Origin: Silvanigrellaceae bacterium
GTDB lineage: Bacteria > Bdellovibrionota_B > Oligoflexia > Silvanigrellales > CANGWC01
Length of the DNA stretch: 57,317 bases
Assembly: GCA_947457515.1 (NCBI GenBank)
Contig: CANGWC010000002.1
Location: 1-57,317, forward strand
Reading direction: 5' to 3'
The position numbers and the translations under genes were made by a program. Position 1 is the first letter of the stretch. Every line of letters begins with the position of its first letter. Positions 39,963 to 48,842 of the stretch are shown one piece after another. Under the pieces are notes generated by a model. That model was not told the DNA's origin and ran no database searches. It saw only the letters and a list, made by a program, of their open reading frames with translations.

Positions 39963-41713
39963 GGATTTCCTTTCTCTTGGTTGATCTCTTGTAACTTTTC
40001 ATCAAGCTGTTGAGCAGTGATGCGACTTCTGAAAAGAAACGTAGGTTTATCTAAATTTTTAACATCATGGGGATGATAAATTGCCACAGCAGGTAACCCA
40101 GCTATATCTAATAGCTTAGCGACTTTTTGGCTCTGTGTATCATTATCTGAAAAATCTATTTTCAGTAAGATATATTTTTCTTTGATCTGATTCATCAGAT
40201 CTTCTTGATTCCAAACTGTTTCATCCATTTCTAAACACGCAGAACACCAATCAGCCCAAGAATCTATCAATAGACCTTTACCCTCTACAAGAGCTGCTTT
40301 CTGGGCTTCTTCTAATCGACTCAGCCATTTTGATGAAGTCTTTTGTGTGATCTGAACTTCTTTAGGGTAACTGTAAGTGACCTTTAAAGTTAGAAATAAT
40401 GACAAAGGAATCAGTGCTGATAAATGTAAAACAGATCCTAAATAGGGCTTTTTAAAGAAAATGCCTCCTAAAATCCATAGAGTAAAACAGGCTACTATTA
40501 ATTCCCAAGGTGGAACTGCATAAATCATACGAGGAAGATAAGACTTTAGAAAATAAGCAGATAATGCAAACATAAAACTTGCAAAAACCCATTTAGATAA
40601 AGCAATGAGATAAGGAATTTTAGGAAGTTTTGTAACTTTTTGGCCAAGGTAACCTAAAAAAAGATAAGGTAACGCCAATCCCATGGAAAAAGGAATCATC
40701 AAAATCAATCCATATAAGGGATCATGTGTTTGACCTATAAGAATTAGAATCACTCCTAAAATAGGCCCCATACACGGAGCTGCTACTAATCCAGACACAC
40801 TTCCCATAAGAAAGACTCCCAGTAAAGGAAATTTATGAGAAAGTGGTACCTTATAACCTAATTGTGTGAGGAAACTCAGATCTCCTATGCCTAACATAGC
40901 CAATGCAAGAAGAAAGAATAAGACTCCTATTCCGATTTGAAATCCTGCATTCTGGAAAAGACTTCCAAACAAACTTCCTGTTAATCCTGCGATGAGTCCT
41001 AATAAAGAGTATGTGACGACTATCCCTAAACAGTAAGAAAAAGGTGCTTTTTTATTATTTTTAGCCCATTTGGAAACAATATTTAGAGTGATGGGAATCA
41101 TAGGATAAACACAGGGAGTCAGATTAGTGAGAAGTCCTCCTAGGAAAAGAGCTGGATATAAAGATGGATTATGAAGATTATCTTGAACATAGGCTAATGT
41201 TTGTTGTTCAAAACCTTCAATCCCTTGATTAATAACTGAGACATCAGGTTCTTTTTCTATTTTTGGTTTGATAGGGATTTGAACTTCTTTTTGTAGAAAA
41301 TCTGTGACTTTATTCTGTGGAATTCTTAAAGGTTTGGTTTCCTGAGTGATCACTTTATTTAAGACAAGAGATCTTTTAGCAGGCATCAAACAGATCCCAT
41401 CTGCACAGGCTTGATATTCGATTTCCAGTTCTCCTTTTAAAGGGACGGAAAATGTAAATTCTGTGGAAGAAAGAAACATTTTCTCTTTCTTCTTTGTGAG
41501 AGTATCGAAGACCTCTTGTGATTTAGGAGAAGATTTGAATTTGATCTTATGGGGGAAGACTCCTGGAGACTTATATACGAATTTTAAATTTTTTTCATAA
41601 ATTTTAAATCCTTGCTGTGCTTCGAAAAGGATCTTAAGTTGATATTCAGTACTTTTTTGTATACGAAATTGTATGACATCTTCGGGTTTAATTTTAGTTT
41701 GAGAATAGTTCAT
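39959..41713 (-). CDS. dsbD: thiol:disulfide interchange protein DsbD
   Basis: N-terminal alpha domain (CADGIC), central polytopic domain with CVYPMIP and APCMGPIL, C-terminal thioredoxin WADWCSAC. Confidence 0.88.
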   Translation of the reverse strand: MNYSQTKIKPEDVIQFRIQKSTEYQLKILFEAQQGFKIYEKNLKFVYKSPGVFPHKIKFKSSPKSQEVFDTLTKKKEKMFLSSTEFTFSVPLKGELEIEYQACADGICLMPAKRSLVLNKVITQETKPLRIPQNKVTDFLQKEVQIPIKPKIEKEPDVSVINQGIEGFEQQTLAYVQDNLHNPSLYPALFLGGLLTNLTPCVYPMIPITLNIVSKWAKNNKKAPFSYCLGIVVTYSLLGLIAGLTGSLFGSLFQNAGFQIGIGVLFFLLALAMLGIGDLSFLTQLGYKVPLSHKFPLLGVFLMGSVSGLVAAPCMGPILGVILILIGQTHDPLYGLILMIPFSMGLALPYLFLGYLGQKVTKLPKIPYLIALSKWVFASFMFALSAYFLKSYLPRMIYAVPPWELIVACFTLWILGGIFFKKPYLGSVLHLSALIPLSLFLTLKVTYSYPKEVQITQKTSSKWLSRLEEAQKAALVEGKGLLIDSWADWCSACLEMDETVWNQEDLMNQIKEKYILLKIDFSDNDTQSQKVAKLLDIAGLPAVAIYHPHDVKNLDKPTFLFRSRITAQQLDEKLQEINQEKGNP

Positions 41714-41735
41714 TCTCTCAATTTATAGGCTTTTT

Positions 41736-43343
41736 ATGAATAAATACAGATCTGTTCTCATTGTCGTTCTTGATGGCGTAGGTTGGGAACCTCAAAGAAC
41801 TCAAGGCAATGCTCTTTTAAAAGCACATATCCCTTGTCTTAATCGCCTTATGGCATCTTCCCTATCCACAACTCTTCTTGCCCATGGAAAAGCCGTAGGC
41901 ATGCCTTCTAATAGCGATATGGGCAATAGTGAAGTGGGACATAATGTCATAGGTGCTGGAAGAATTTTTTCTCAAGGTGCACTTCTTGTTAATCAAGCTT
42001 TAGAATCAGGATCCCTATTCTCTGGATCCACCTGGCAAAAGATCGCTCATCGTCCTGAACTGATCTCAGGATCTCAGTGTCTTCATATTGGTGGATTACT
42101 TTCCGATGGTAATGTTCACAGTCATCAAAATCATCTTTTTGCGTTATTAAAAGAAGCGAAAAAAATAGGCATCAAAAAAATTCGTCTTCATATGCTTTTA
42201 GATGGAAGAGATGTTTCTCCTAAAAGTGCTTTAATTTATGCAGAGACTTTAGAATCAGTTCTCAATGATCTTAAGGGACCTCAGTTTGATTATAAAATAG
42301 CCTCCGGAGGAGGAAGATCATCGGTCACTATGGATAGATATGGTGCTGACTGGCCTATGGTTCAAAGAGGTTATCAGGCTCATGTTTTAGGACAAGGTCC
42401 TGCATTTCCCTCTTTAAAAGCAGCTATTGAAAACTTCTATTCTCAAGGAATAGAGCAAGATCAATTGATCTCAGAATTTGTGATTGGTGATTATTCAAAA
42501 GAAGGCGTTCAGGATGGTGATAGTTTCATTTTCTTTAACTTTAGAGGAGATAGAGCCATTGAATTTACACAGGCTCTAACCCAAAAAGATTTTCCTCATT
42601 TTGAAAGAATCCGACTTCCCAAAGTGATCTATGCTGGAATGATGCAATATGATGGAGATCTTAAAATCCCCGAAAACTATCTTGTCTCTCCTCCCGTAAT
42701 TGAAGACACACTCTCTTCTTTATTATCGGAAAAAGGAATCACACAGTTTGCCTGTAGTGAAACTCAAAAATTTGGGCATGTGACTTATTTTTGGAATGGG
42801 AATCATAGTCAAAGTTTAGATAAAGAAACTTGGGTAGAAATCCCATCTGACGATCATCCTTTTCAAGATAGACCTTGGATGAAATGTGCTGAGATCTGTG
42901 ATGCAACTTTAAAATTCATGACAACAGCAAAAGAACCTTTTGTTGCAAGAATTAACTTTGCCAATGGAGATATGGTGGGACATACCGGCAATCTTGATGC
43001 TACAATCACAGCATTAGATTGTATGGATCTTCAACTACAAAGGATCTTAATGACCGCTGAAAAAACAAATACCACAGTGATTGTAACAGCGGATCATGGA
43101 AACGCTGATCATATGTGGGAACTTGATTCTAAAGGCATGCCTGTTTTAAATAAACAAAGCATACCCATTCAGAAAACAAGCCACAGTTTATCTCCGGTAC
43201 CTTTTATTGTTTATAATCCAAAAGCACCTATGCAGATCGTAAATACATCAGGAAGTTTAGGAAACATTGCTTCCACAACTCTTGAAATTTTTGGTCTCAA
43301 TTCACCTTCATTTTATCTTCCATCTTTGGTTAAATATGTTTAA
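41736..43343 (+). CDS. gpmI: 2,3-bisphosphoglycerate-independent phosphoglycerate mutase
   Basis: LIVVLDGVGW...MGNSEVGHNVIGAGR...ADHGNAD. Confidence 0.93.
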   Translation: MNKYRSVLIVVLDGVGWEPQRTQGNALLKAHIPCLNRLMASSLSTTLLAHGKAVGMPSNSDMGNSEVGHNVIGAGRIFSQGALLVNQALESGSLFSGSTWQKIAHRPELISGSQCLHIGGLLSDGNVHSHQNHLFALLKEAKKIGIKKIRLHMLLDGRDVSPKSALIYAETLESVLNDLKGPQFDYKIASGGGRSSVTMDRYGADWPMVQRGYQAHVLGQGPAFPSLKAAIENFYSQGIEQDQLISEFVIGDYSKEGVQDGDSFIFFNFRGDRAIEFTQALTQKDFPHFERIRLPKVIYAGMMQYDGDLKIPENYLVSPPVIEDTLSSLLSEKGITQFACSETQKFGHVTYFWNGNHSQSLDKETWVEIPSDDHPFQDRPWMKCAEICDATLKFMTTAKEPFVARINFANGDMVGHTGNLDATITALDCMDLQLQRILMTAEKTNTTVIVTADHGNADHMWELDSKGMPVLNKQSIPIQKTSHSLSPVPFIVYNPKAPMQIVNTSGSLGNIASTTLEIFGLNSPSFYLPSLVKYV

Positions 43344-44259
43344 AAATCTCTTTAAAAAACCAACTCCTCCTCCTCAAGTCATTGCTTCTTTACCGACTGA
43401 AAGCAAAGAAGAAGTTCCTCTATCTCATCTAGAGCAAGCCATGATGAATAGCATCCGAAAAGACACTCCTGAATCAAGAAAGACTGTGTATCAAGAATTG
43501 ATTTTCTCTGATCTGTTTCTTTGTCTTGCGGACACACCTTCAGAATCATCTCCCGATGAATCCATTAACGTAGCAATTCTTAAAAACAGCCAAGACACTT
43601 CATTTTGTGCAGCATTCACCAGTGAAGCCGCTATTAGAAGATGGAGACCTGAAGGTGGACATTTTATCTCTGTAAGAGGTCAAGATATTTTTAAAATGCT
43701 TGAAAAGAGTCCTTCTCAAGTTCTTGTGATTAATCCTGCTAGTGCTCCATTTATCATCCTCAATAAGCTTGATATTAAACAGCTAGCCTTAGGAGTGATC
43801 CCTGCAGCTCCCATTAACCCTGTCCATATGGCAACAGAAGAATCTCAAGCAGCTCCATCTGAGCCTCAAGTACAAGTTTCTTTTCCTCCCGATGCTTTCA
43901 CTTCTGAGCAAAAAGAAATCATCAAAACTTACCTCTTAGAAAGATCAGATATTGAAGCGGGAGCCTTAGGCGCTCTTCTTCCTCCCAATGTCACTCCAGA
44001 AGCTGGAAATGAAGAAGCCTCTTGGATCAGAGCTTTATTTGTCAGAATCGAAGCAAGAGAGATCAATCCTCAAGAGTTACAAGTTCTTTGTACTCAAATG
44101 AAAACAGATATCACTGAAAATCATAAAATATTCAAAGAGACCCAATTTGAAGTGGGCATTATGCCTGATGCTAAGTTTTGGGAAGAACTTCATAAGAATA
44201 ATGTTGTTCTTATAGATAAGATGGCAGGCCAGGAGGGACTCGAACCCCCAACAAGCTGA
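43336..44259 (+). CDS. SseB-family-like protein
   Basis: Start taken at MFKNLFKK (internal Met of ORF 43267..). Segment FCAAFTSEAAIRRW...ISVRGQDIFKML...VLVINPASAPFIIL resembles the SseB N-terminal domain. The last about 38 nt run antisense through tRNA-Trp. Confidence 0.5.
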   Translation: MFKNLFKKPTPPPQVIASLPTESKEEVPLSHLEQAMMNSIRKDTPESRKTVYQELIFSDLFLCLADTPSESSPDESINVAILKNSQDTSFCAAFTSEAAIRRWRPEGGHFISVRGQDIFKMLEKSPSQVLVINPASAPFIILNKLDIKQLALGVIPAAPINPVHMATEESQAAPSEPQVQVSFPPDAFTSEQKEIIKTYLLERSDIEAGALGALLPPNVTPEAGNEEASWIRALFVRIEAREINPQELQVLCTQMKTDITENHKIFKETQFEVGIMPDAKFWEELHKNNVVLIDKMAGQEGLEPPTS

Positions 44260-44297
44260 TTTGGAATCAGCCGCTCTACCATTGGAGCTACTGGCCT
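44222..44297 (-). tRNA. trnW: tRNA-Trp (anticodon CCA), CCA end encoded
   Basis: Hand-folded from the minus strand: AGGCCAG TA GCTC CAATGGTA GAGC G GCTGA TTCCAAA TCAGC TTGTT GGGGG TTCGAGT CCCTC CTGGCCT G CCA. Cloverleaf complete with one G-U in the T stem. Confidence 0.88.
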
Positions 44298-44350
44298 TCT
44301 TATGGCACCATACCGTGGATACAGACAAGAATCAAAACATAGGAGTAAAA

Positions 44351-44839
44351 ATGGGTCTTTTTAAATTAAAATATGAAGGTGAAGAAGAAAATCTCATCTA
44401 TGCGAGTCCTTACTCATCTGCTTTTGATCTGATTTCTCAAGTAGATATCACCTTAGCACCCGGTAAATGGGATAAAGTCCCCACAGGTCTTTTCATTATT
44501 GATCATGAGCCTTTATTCCATCTTCAGACATCTCAAACGCATCTTTTCCCACAGAGTCATCTCCCTGTGTATGGAGAGATCCAAGTTCGTCCGAGAAGTG
44601 GGTTAGCTTATAAATATGGAATTACAGTTCTCAATTCACCCAGTACCATCGATGCTGATTACAGAGGTGAGATTCAAGTAATTCTTATTAATCATGGATC
44701 TGAAGATTTTGTTATTGAAAAAGGATTTCGCATTGCTCAAGCAGTTTGCTGTCTGGTGGTTCCCCACGCACCTTATCGGGATCATCATAATCCTCTCACA
44801 GAAAGAGGAACTAAGGGGTTTGGATCTTCTGGGATTTAA
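44351..44839 (+). CDS. dut: dUTP diphosphatase
   Basis: Start at MGLFKL with AGGAG SD. Motifs RPRSGLAYKYGI, IDADYRGEI, RIAQ, RGTKGFGSSG. The upstream part of the ORF-track frame overlaps the tRNA and is discarded. Confidence 0.88.
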   Translation: MGLFKLKYEGEEENLIYASPYSSAFDLISQVDITLAPGKWDKVPTGLFIIDHEPLFHLQTSQTHLFPQSHLPVYGEIQVRPRSGLAYKYGITVLNSPSTIDADYRGEIQVILINHGSEDFVIEKGFRIAQAVCCLVVPHAPYRDHHNPLTERGTKGFGSSGI

Positions 44840-44893
44840 AAAATTTTGTAAACTCTTTCAATAATATCTCACGTTTTGTTTGATCAAATCTTT

Positions 44894-45682
44894 TCAAGAA
44901 GGATATCCCAACTCCTGTTTGATCAAATCTCTCAACAGGGTTGCAAGTTCTGTTTGATCTGTATTGGTGAATACAACTTTGAGATATTCTTTTAATAATA
45001 CGTATGCTCTATTTGCTTCTTGAGATAATTTGATTTTTTTATGCGCCAACTCGAAAATTTTACTTAATCCTTCTGTTTTGAAGTCTTCTTTATTTTGAGC
45101 TAATTTAGCTTCTACATTTGCAATGTTTTCTATAATAGAAAGTAATTGCTCCAAAGCTGCATCAACGTTTCTAACTCCAGCGGTATTAAAAATATGTCTA
45201 ATGCTTTCTTCTATTTTCGAATTTGGTAAATTACTCAAAAATTCAGAGATACCTTTAGAGGATGTATTGTTAGGATGGTTAGTTATGTACAATTTAACTA
45301 AGTTAGCAGCTGTATAAGATTTATGTTTAGGATTAAAGCTACCCGTGGAGTAGTAGGTATTTCTAGAAGGGGGATAGAGTCTTCTTACAAAAGTCTGATA
45401 ATTATAAATGAATCCCAATAATACCAGAGCACTTGCAGTACCTATGGAAACATTGATTACGGCTTGTTTGAGGATCTTTCCATTAGCTTCTCGCTCTTCC
45501 TCATTTTGAGGATTAACTGACCATTTTAGATTTTCAACAGGCTCTTGATTCTGTTCCGTAGCTCCTTGATCTTGAGTGACCTCAACTTTATCTGGAACAA
45601 CTTGGTCTTCCGCTGATACACTTTGTGTCAGAAAAATAATGGAAAATAAATAAACTGAGATGTTTTTGGATAGGTTTTTCAT
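44894..45682 (-). CDS. hypothetical bitopic membrane protein
   Basis: Signal-like MKNLSKNISVYLFSIIFLTQSVSA, acidic Q/E-rich segment, one central TM (VINVSIGTASALVLLGFIY). No known domain. Start uncertain (ORF extends to 45745). Confidence 0.45.
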   Translation of the reverse strand: MKNLSKNISVYLFSIIFLTQSVSAEDQVVPDKVEVTQDQGATEQNQEPVENLKWSVNPQNEEEREANGKILKQAVINVSIGTASALVLLGFIYNYQTFVRRLYPPSRNTYYSTGSFNPKHKSYTAANLVKLYITNHPNNTSSKGISEFLSNLPNSKIEESIRHIFNTAGVRNVDAALEQLLSIIENIANVEAKLAQNKEDFKTEGLSKIFELAHKKIKLSQEANRAYVLLKEYLKVVFTNTDQTELATLLRDLIKQELGYPS

Positions 45683-45750
45683 AAGGCAAGATTTAAACTT
45701 TACCCTCAAAAACATCAAGAGTTTTTTTCTTTCCTGGTTAATCAAAAAAA

Positions 45751-46065
45751 TTAAGCTGCTTCTGGTTTAGGAACAACAGAAATGACCATAGAATATCCTA
45801 GTGCTTTTAAAACCCGGGAGATCAGATCAAACGTAGGAGTACGTCTGGCATCTCCGGACTCTAGACGTGCTATGAGTGGTTGACTGACTCCAGCTAACTT
45901 AGCTAAAGCGGCTTGCGACAAACCCGATTTAGAACGTAAATCAGAAATGAGATGAGCTACCTGTAGATAGAACCTTCTTTCGTCATAAATAAGTTGAGTT
46001 TCCTTATCTTCCAGTTGTTGCTCTAATAGATTCTCTAAAGTAAATCCTCGTGGTTTTTTGTTCAT
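45751..46065 (-). CDS. higA: XRE-family HTH antitoxin (HigA-like)
   Basis: SGLSQAALAKLAGVSQPLIARLESG helix-turn-helix. 4-nt overlap with the upstream toxin gene. Confidence 0.75.
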   Translation of the reverse strand: MNKKPRGFTLENLLEQQLEDKETQLIYDERRFYLQVAHLISDLRSKSGLSQAALAKLAGVSQPLIARLESGDARRTPTFDLISRVLKALGYSMVISVVPKPEAA

Positions 46066-46394
46066 AAGAGTACCTCCTTTATACGTTTACGTGCTATTTC
46101 TAGCTCTTTAATAGGTGCCTTTTGACCTTGTTTACGGTACGCATGTAAAATATACACTTCATTTCTCTCTATGCTAACATAAAAAAACCTATAACTACCG
46201 CCTTGAGTACGTATCTTAATCTCCCATAACTTGCCTTCAATTTGGCGAAATTGGCAACCTTTTGCAACAAACCCATGGCTTTGAATATCACTTAATACGG
46301 CAAGAATTGTTGCTCGATCTTGTGCGCTAAGATCTTCTAAAAAAGAGGAAATATAACTTCGACCAGATCTTGCTTGATAGAAGGATATTCGCAT
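46062..46394 (-). CDS. higB: RelE/ParE-superfamily toxin, Gp49/HigB-like
   Basis: 110 aa. ...LWEIKIRTQGGSYRFFYVSIERNEVYILHAYRKQGQKAP..E is typical of phage Gp49-like HigB toxins. Toxin-first gene order. Confidence 0.72.
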   Translation of the reverse strand: MRISFYQARSGRSYISSFLEDLSAQDRATILAVLSDIQSHGFVAKGCQFRQIEGKLWEIKIRTQGGSYRFFYVSIERNEVYILHAYRKQGQKAPIKELEIARKRIKEVLL

Positions 46395-46400
46395 AATCGA

Positions 46401-46429
46401 ATAATAACCATTTGGATATTACTTTGCAA
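46401..46429 (-). promoter_or_regulatory. candidate promoter for higBA, predicted leaderless or near-leaderless transcript
   Basis: Minus strand: TTGCAA (46424..46429), 17 nt, TATTAT (46401..46406). The ATG begins 7 nt downstream of the -10 box and no SD is present. Confidence 0.4.
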
Positions 46430-46603
46430 CTATAATTTTAGATTCTATGATTAAAAAATTATTTTCATCCTTCAAATATTTTATTATATTGAGCTTTTTC
46501 TGTTTATCTTAAGTATTGCACTTCAAAAGTGAAGTGGGGCAATCCTGCTAAATTTTAGACGAGAAAGAAGTTATTCCACAAAAAAAAAACGCATTAGATT
46601 CTA

Positions 46604-47545
46604 TTACTCTCCTTTCCTCCCTGAAACTAAGTAAACAAGGTTTCCACCTGCAAAATCTAACTCTCCTGCCTCAGTAGCATCCCAATGTTTCTGATATGAC
46701 TCCTTGAAAAACCCTTGGTAGAATTCAAACTCTTCTTCCTTACCCCCACCAGCTATAAAGTAACGCTTTGTGGTCTCATCTTCCCATGCTCCATGAACTC
46801 TATCTTTCGTTCTCATTTCTTCCCACTCTTTAAGAATCAATTGCTCTTGTTCTGTCTCATAAGGAGGAATCCAGGGCCATGTTTTATCTGAGATGTATAC
46901 AGCAATATTTTTTAGTCCAGCTTTACCAAAGTAGCCTGGAACTAAGTCACCGCAAGCATCAAATCCTTCCCCTAGAACCTGTTTTCCTTTTCCACATTTC
47001 AAATAGAAACTCAAAGATCTGATCAGATCATCCATAGGCTCCTGAGCCGTTAAGCTATCAAAAATCAAGGATTGGCATAGGATATTAGGCTCAACCACAG
47101 CGATAAGTCCTCCAGGTTTTAAGATCCTTTTCATTTCTTCGATGGCTTTTAAGGGGTCGCCTAAATGCATCAGTACTGTTTGGCAAGTCACCATGTCTAC
47201 ACTATTGCTTTCAAATGGGAGTTGGTAAGTATCTCCCTTCACATACGAAAATCGAGGATGCAGACCTTTTTGATGAGCTTCTTCAGTGGCTTTTTCTACC
47301 CACTCAGCTTCTCGATCTACTCCTATTAAACTGCAAGTCTTATTCAAATAGGGTTCGAGAGTGCGTCCCCAATGACCTATTCCACAGCCTACATCCACAA
47401 TGCTATTTACCTTAGAAAGGTCCCATCGCTTTGCCATAAGCGCTAAGAAGTCTTGATTCCACCAATGATTTCTACTTTCTACAAAGTAATCTGCAGAATG
47501 TGGTTTGTGTTTATTATTTTCATTTTGTTTATGTTCCTTAGACAT
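46604..47545 (-). CDS. class I SAM-dependent methyltransferase
   Basis: Motif I VDVGCGIGHWG, post-I GVDRE, VDMVTCQTVLMHL, LKPGGLIAVVEPN. GGAG SD upstream. Confidence 0.8.
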   Translation of the reverse strand: MSKEHKQNENNKHKPHSADYFVESRNHWWNQDFLALMAKRWDLSKVNSIVDVGCGIGHWGRTLEPYLNKTCSLIGVDREAEWVEKATEEAHQKGLHPRFSYVKGDTYQLPFESNSVDMVTCQTVLMHLGDPLKAIEEMKRILKPGGLIAVVEPNILCQSLIFDSLTAQEPMDDLIRSLSFYLKCGKGKQVLGEGFDACGDLVPGYFGKAGLKNIAVYISDKTWPWIPPYETEQEQLILKEWEEMRTKDRVHGAWEDETTKRYFIAGGGKEEEFEFYQGFFKESYQKHWDATEAGELDFAGGNLVYLVSGRKGE

Positions 47546-47860
47546 AACTTCTCCATATGTTTTTAATTTGCAGATTCTTAAGATCTGAAATTTTTAATTT
47601 TTTTGATTGAGATAATAAAATTCAGAGGCTTAAAAAAAGATAAGCATGAAATTATTAATTTTTTGAAGCTATAGGGAGAAACGCTATGGGGGTGTTAAAG
47701 AAGAAAATGACATATTTTATGACTCTTCTGAGTGTTTCTTAATTAAAAAAGAAATTCCTCGTTCAGGAAATGCAATCTACCTAAATTATAAATCACTGGC
47801 AAGAAATAATTTAAAATCTAATCTAAATCAAATAAAAACAATTATTTAAAAACAATAATC

Positions 47861-47903
47861 TTACAAAACACACTCAGATAATTTAAGTGAGTGTGTTTTG
47901 TAA
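47861..47903 (-). terminator. perfect 16-bp stem hairpin downstream of the receiver gene (possible operon terminator)
   Basis: ttacaaaacacactca (47861..47876), 11-nt loop, tgagtgtgttttgtaa (47888..47903). No clean U-tract on either strand, so intrinsic-terminator status is uncertain. Confidence 0.45.
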
Positions 47904-47952
47904 AATTTATCTAAATTTGAGAATATGTGCTAATTCAATAGCAATCGTTTAC

Positions 47953-48306
47953 TTAATTGGCTAATAGGGCTGCGATCTCACCTTGTATAAACGATATCAA
48001 TTCTAAACCCTTAGGAATCACTCCCGTCAACCCTTGCCAAGATTCTTCAGAATCTGTAATCACTTCCGGAAGACATGTAGAAATAAATGTAGGAACACAG
48101 AATTTTTCAACGATTCTTTGAAAGATCTGACGATCTAAACGCTCATTAGTTAAGTAGTAATCTAATATAACGAGATCAAGACATTGTTCATACTGAAGAA
48201 GATCTTCAAAAGAATCAAAAACCTTTAGGCAGAAGTTCTTCTCTAATTCTAATTTCCACAAATGAATGGCTAGGATACTGTCTTCCACTAAGGCTATTGT
48301 CTTCAT
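47953..48306 (-). CDS. single-domain response regulator (CheY-like receiver)
   Basis: 117 aa. ALVEDS (acidic pocket), DLVILDYYL (phospho-acceptor Asp), FIST (Thr/Ser), VIPKG (Lys) in the expected order. Confidence 0.65.
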   Translation of the reverse strand: MKTIALVEDSILAIHLWKLELEKNFCLKVFDSFEDLLQYEQCLDLVILDYYLTNERLDRQIFQRIVEKFCVPTFISTCLPEVITDSEESWQGLTGVIPKGLELISFIQGEIAALLAN

Positions 48307-48359
48307 CCCAAGGTGTTAAATCTTTTATAGGATTGAGATCAAGCTCTCCGAAAGATTAT

Positions 48360-48842
48360 TTAAAGAAAAACCTGAGCAATATAATAAAACAAGAAAAATC
48401 CCACTCCATAAAACCAGGGTTTAAGCCAAATAAACTTTTGCGATGTTACCCAAAAATAACCTAACGAACCTAATAAAATAGGATGCAAAACAAAAAGAGC
48501 TGAGTGTAACCACTGTTCCCCTAAAGATATGGGAAGCATATAATGAATAGACTCTTCTTTTAAAACAACTAAACACGATAGGACAAACCAAAAGATGTAT
48601 TTCCACTCTCTTCTTTTGAGGTAATCTTTGTAAAGCGCATAATAAATACATATCAAAAACACTAAAGTATCTAATACGTGTCCCCATTTTTCGAGGAGCG
48701 GAATAAATCGGTTGCGATGATAGCAAAATTCATCTGTTAAAAATAAAATCGCTTGTATAATAAAAGGAATCGCCCAGTAAAACTGTCTAATCTTATTATT
48801 GGAGCTGGGATTTAATGTAATTTTGAATTCGTTGTTGATCAT
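48360..48842 (-). CDS. small polytopic membrane protein with conserved-looking His/Glu residues
   Basis: 160 aa, about 4-5 hydrophobic segments. DEFCYHRNR, EESIHY, HSALFVLHP. No family recognised. Overlaps the upstream gene by 47 nt. Confidence 0.5.
   Translation of the reverse strand: MINNEFKITLNPSSNNKIRQFYWAIPFIIQAILFLTDEFCYHRNRFIPLLEKWGHVLDTLVFLICIYYALYKDYLKRREWKYIFWFVLSCLVVLKEESIHYMLPISLGEQWLHSALFVLHPILLGSLGYFWVTSQKFIWLKPWFYGVGFFLFYYIAQVFL

Noticed and set aside
44222-47545. tRNA-Trp as the attachment site of a genomic island containing the hypothetical membrane protein, higBA and the methyltransferase.
   Set aside because: The tRNA 3' end, the usual integration side, faces the housekeeping gpmI/SseB-like side. 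No integrase and no direct repeat of the tRNA 3' end were seen downstream. dut, a core gene, lies between the tRNA and the accessory genes.
47686-47742. 18-codon ORF (MGVLKKKMTYFMTLLSVS) with a GGGAGA-like SD in the long AT-rich spacer, considered as a leader peptide or type I toxin.
   Set aside because: It is on the opposite strand from both flanking genes and is too short and unconstrained in AT-rich DNA. No associated antisense RNA structure was seen.
48360-48842. Small membrane protein considered as an ICMT-type methyltransferase (the SrsB-like partner of type III PKSs) or a fatty-acid hydroxylase.
   Set aside because: It lacks the ICMT RHPxY-type C-terminal motif and the HxxxH/HxxHH histidine boxes of the hydroxylase/desaturase family. 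It is kept as an unassigned membrane protein.
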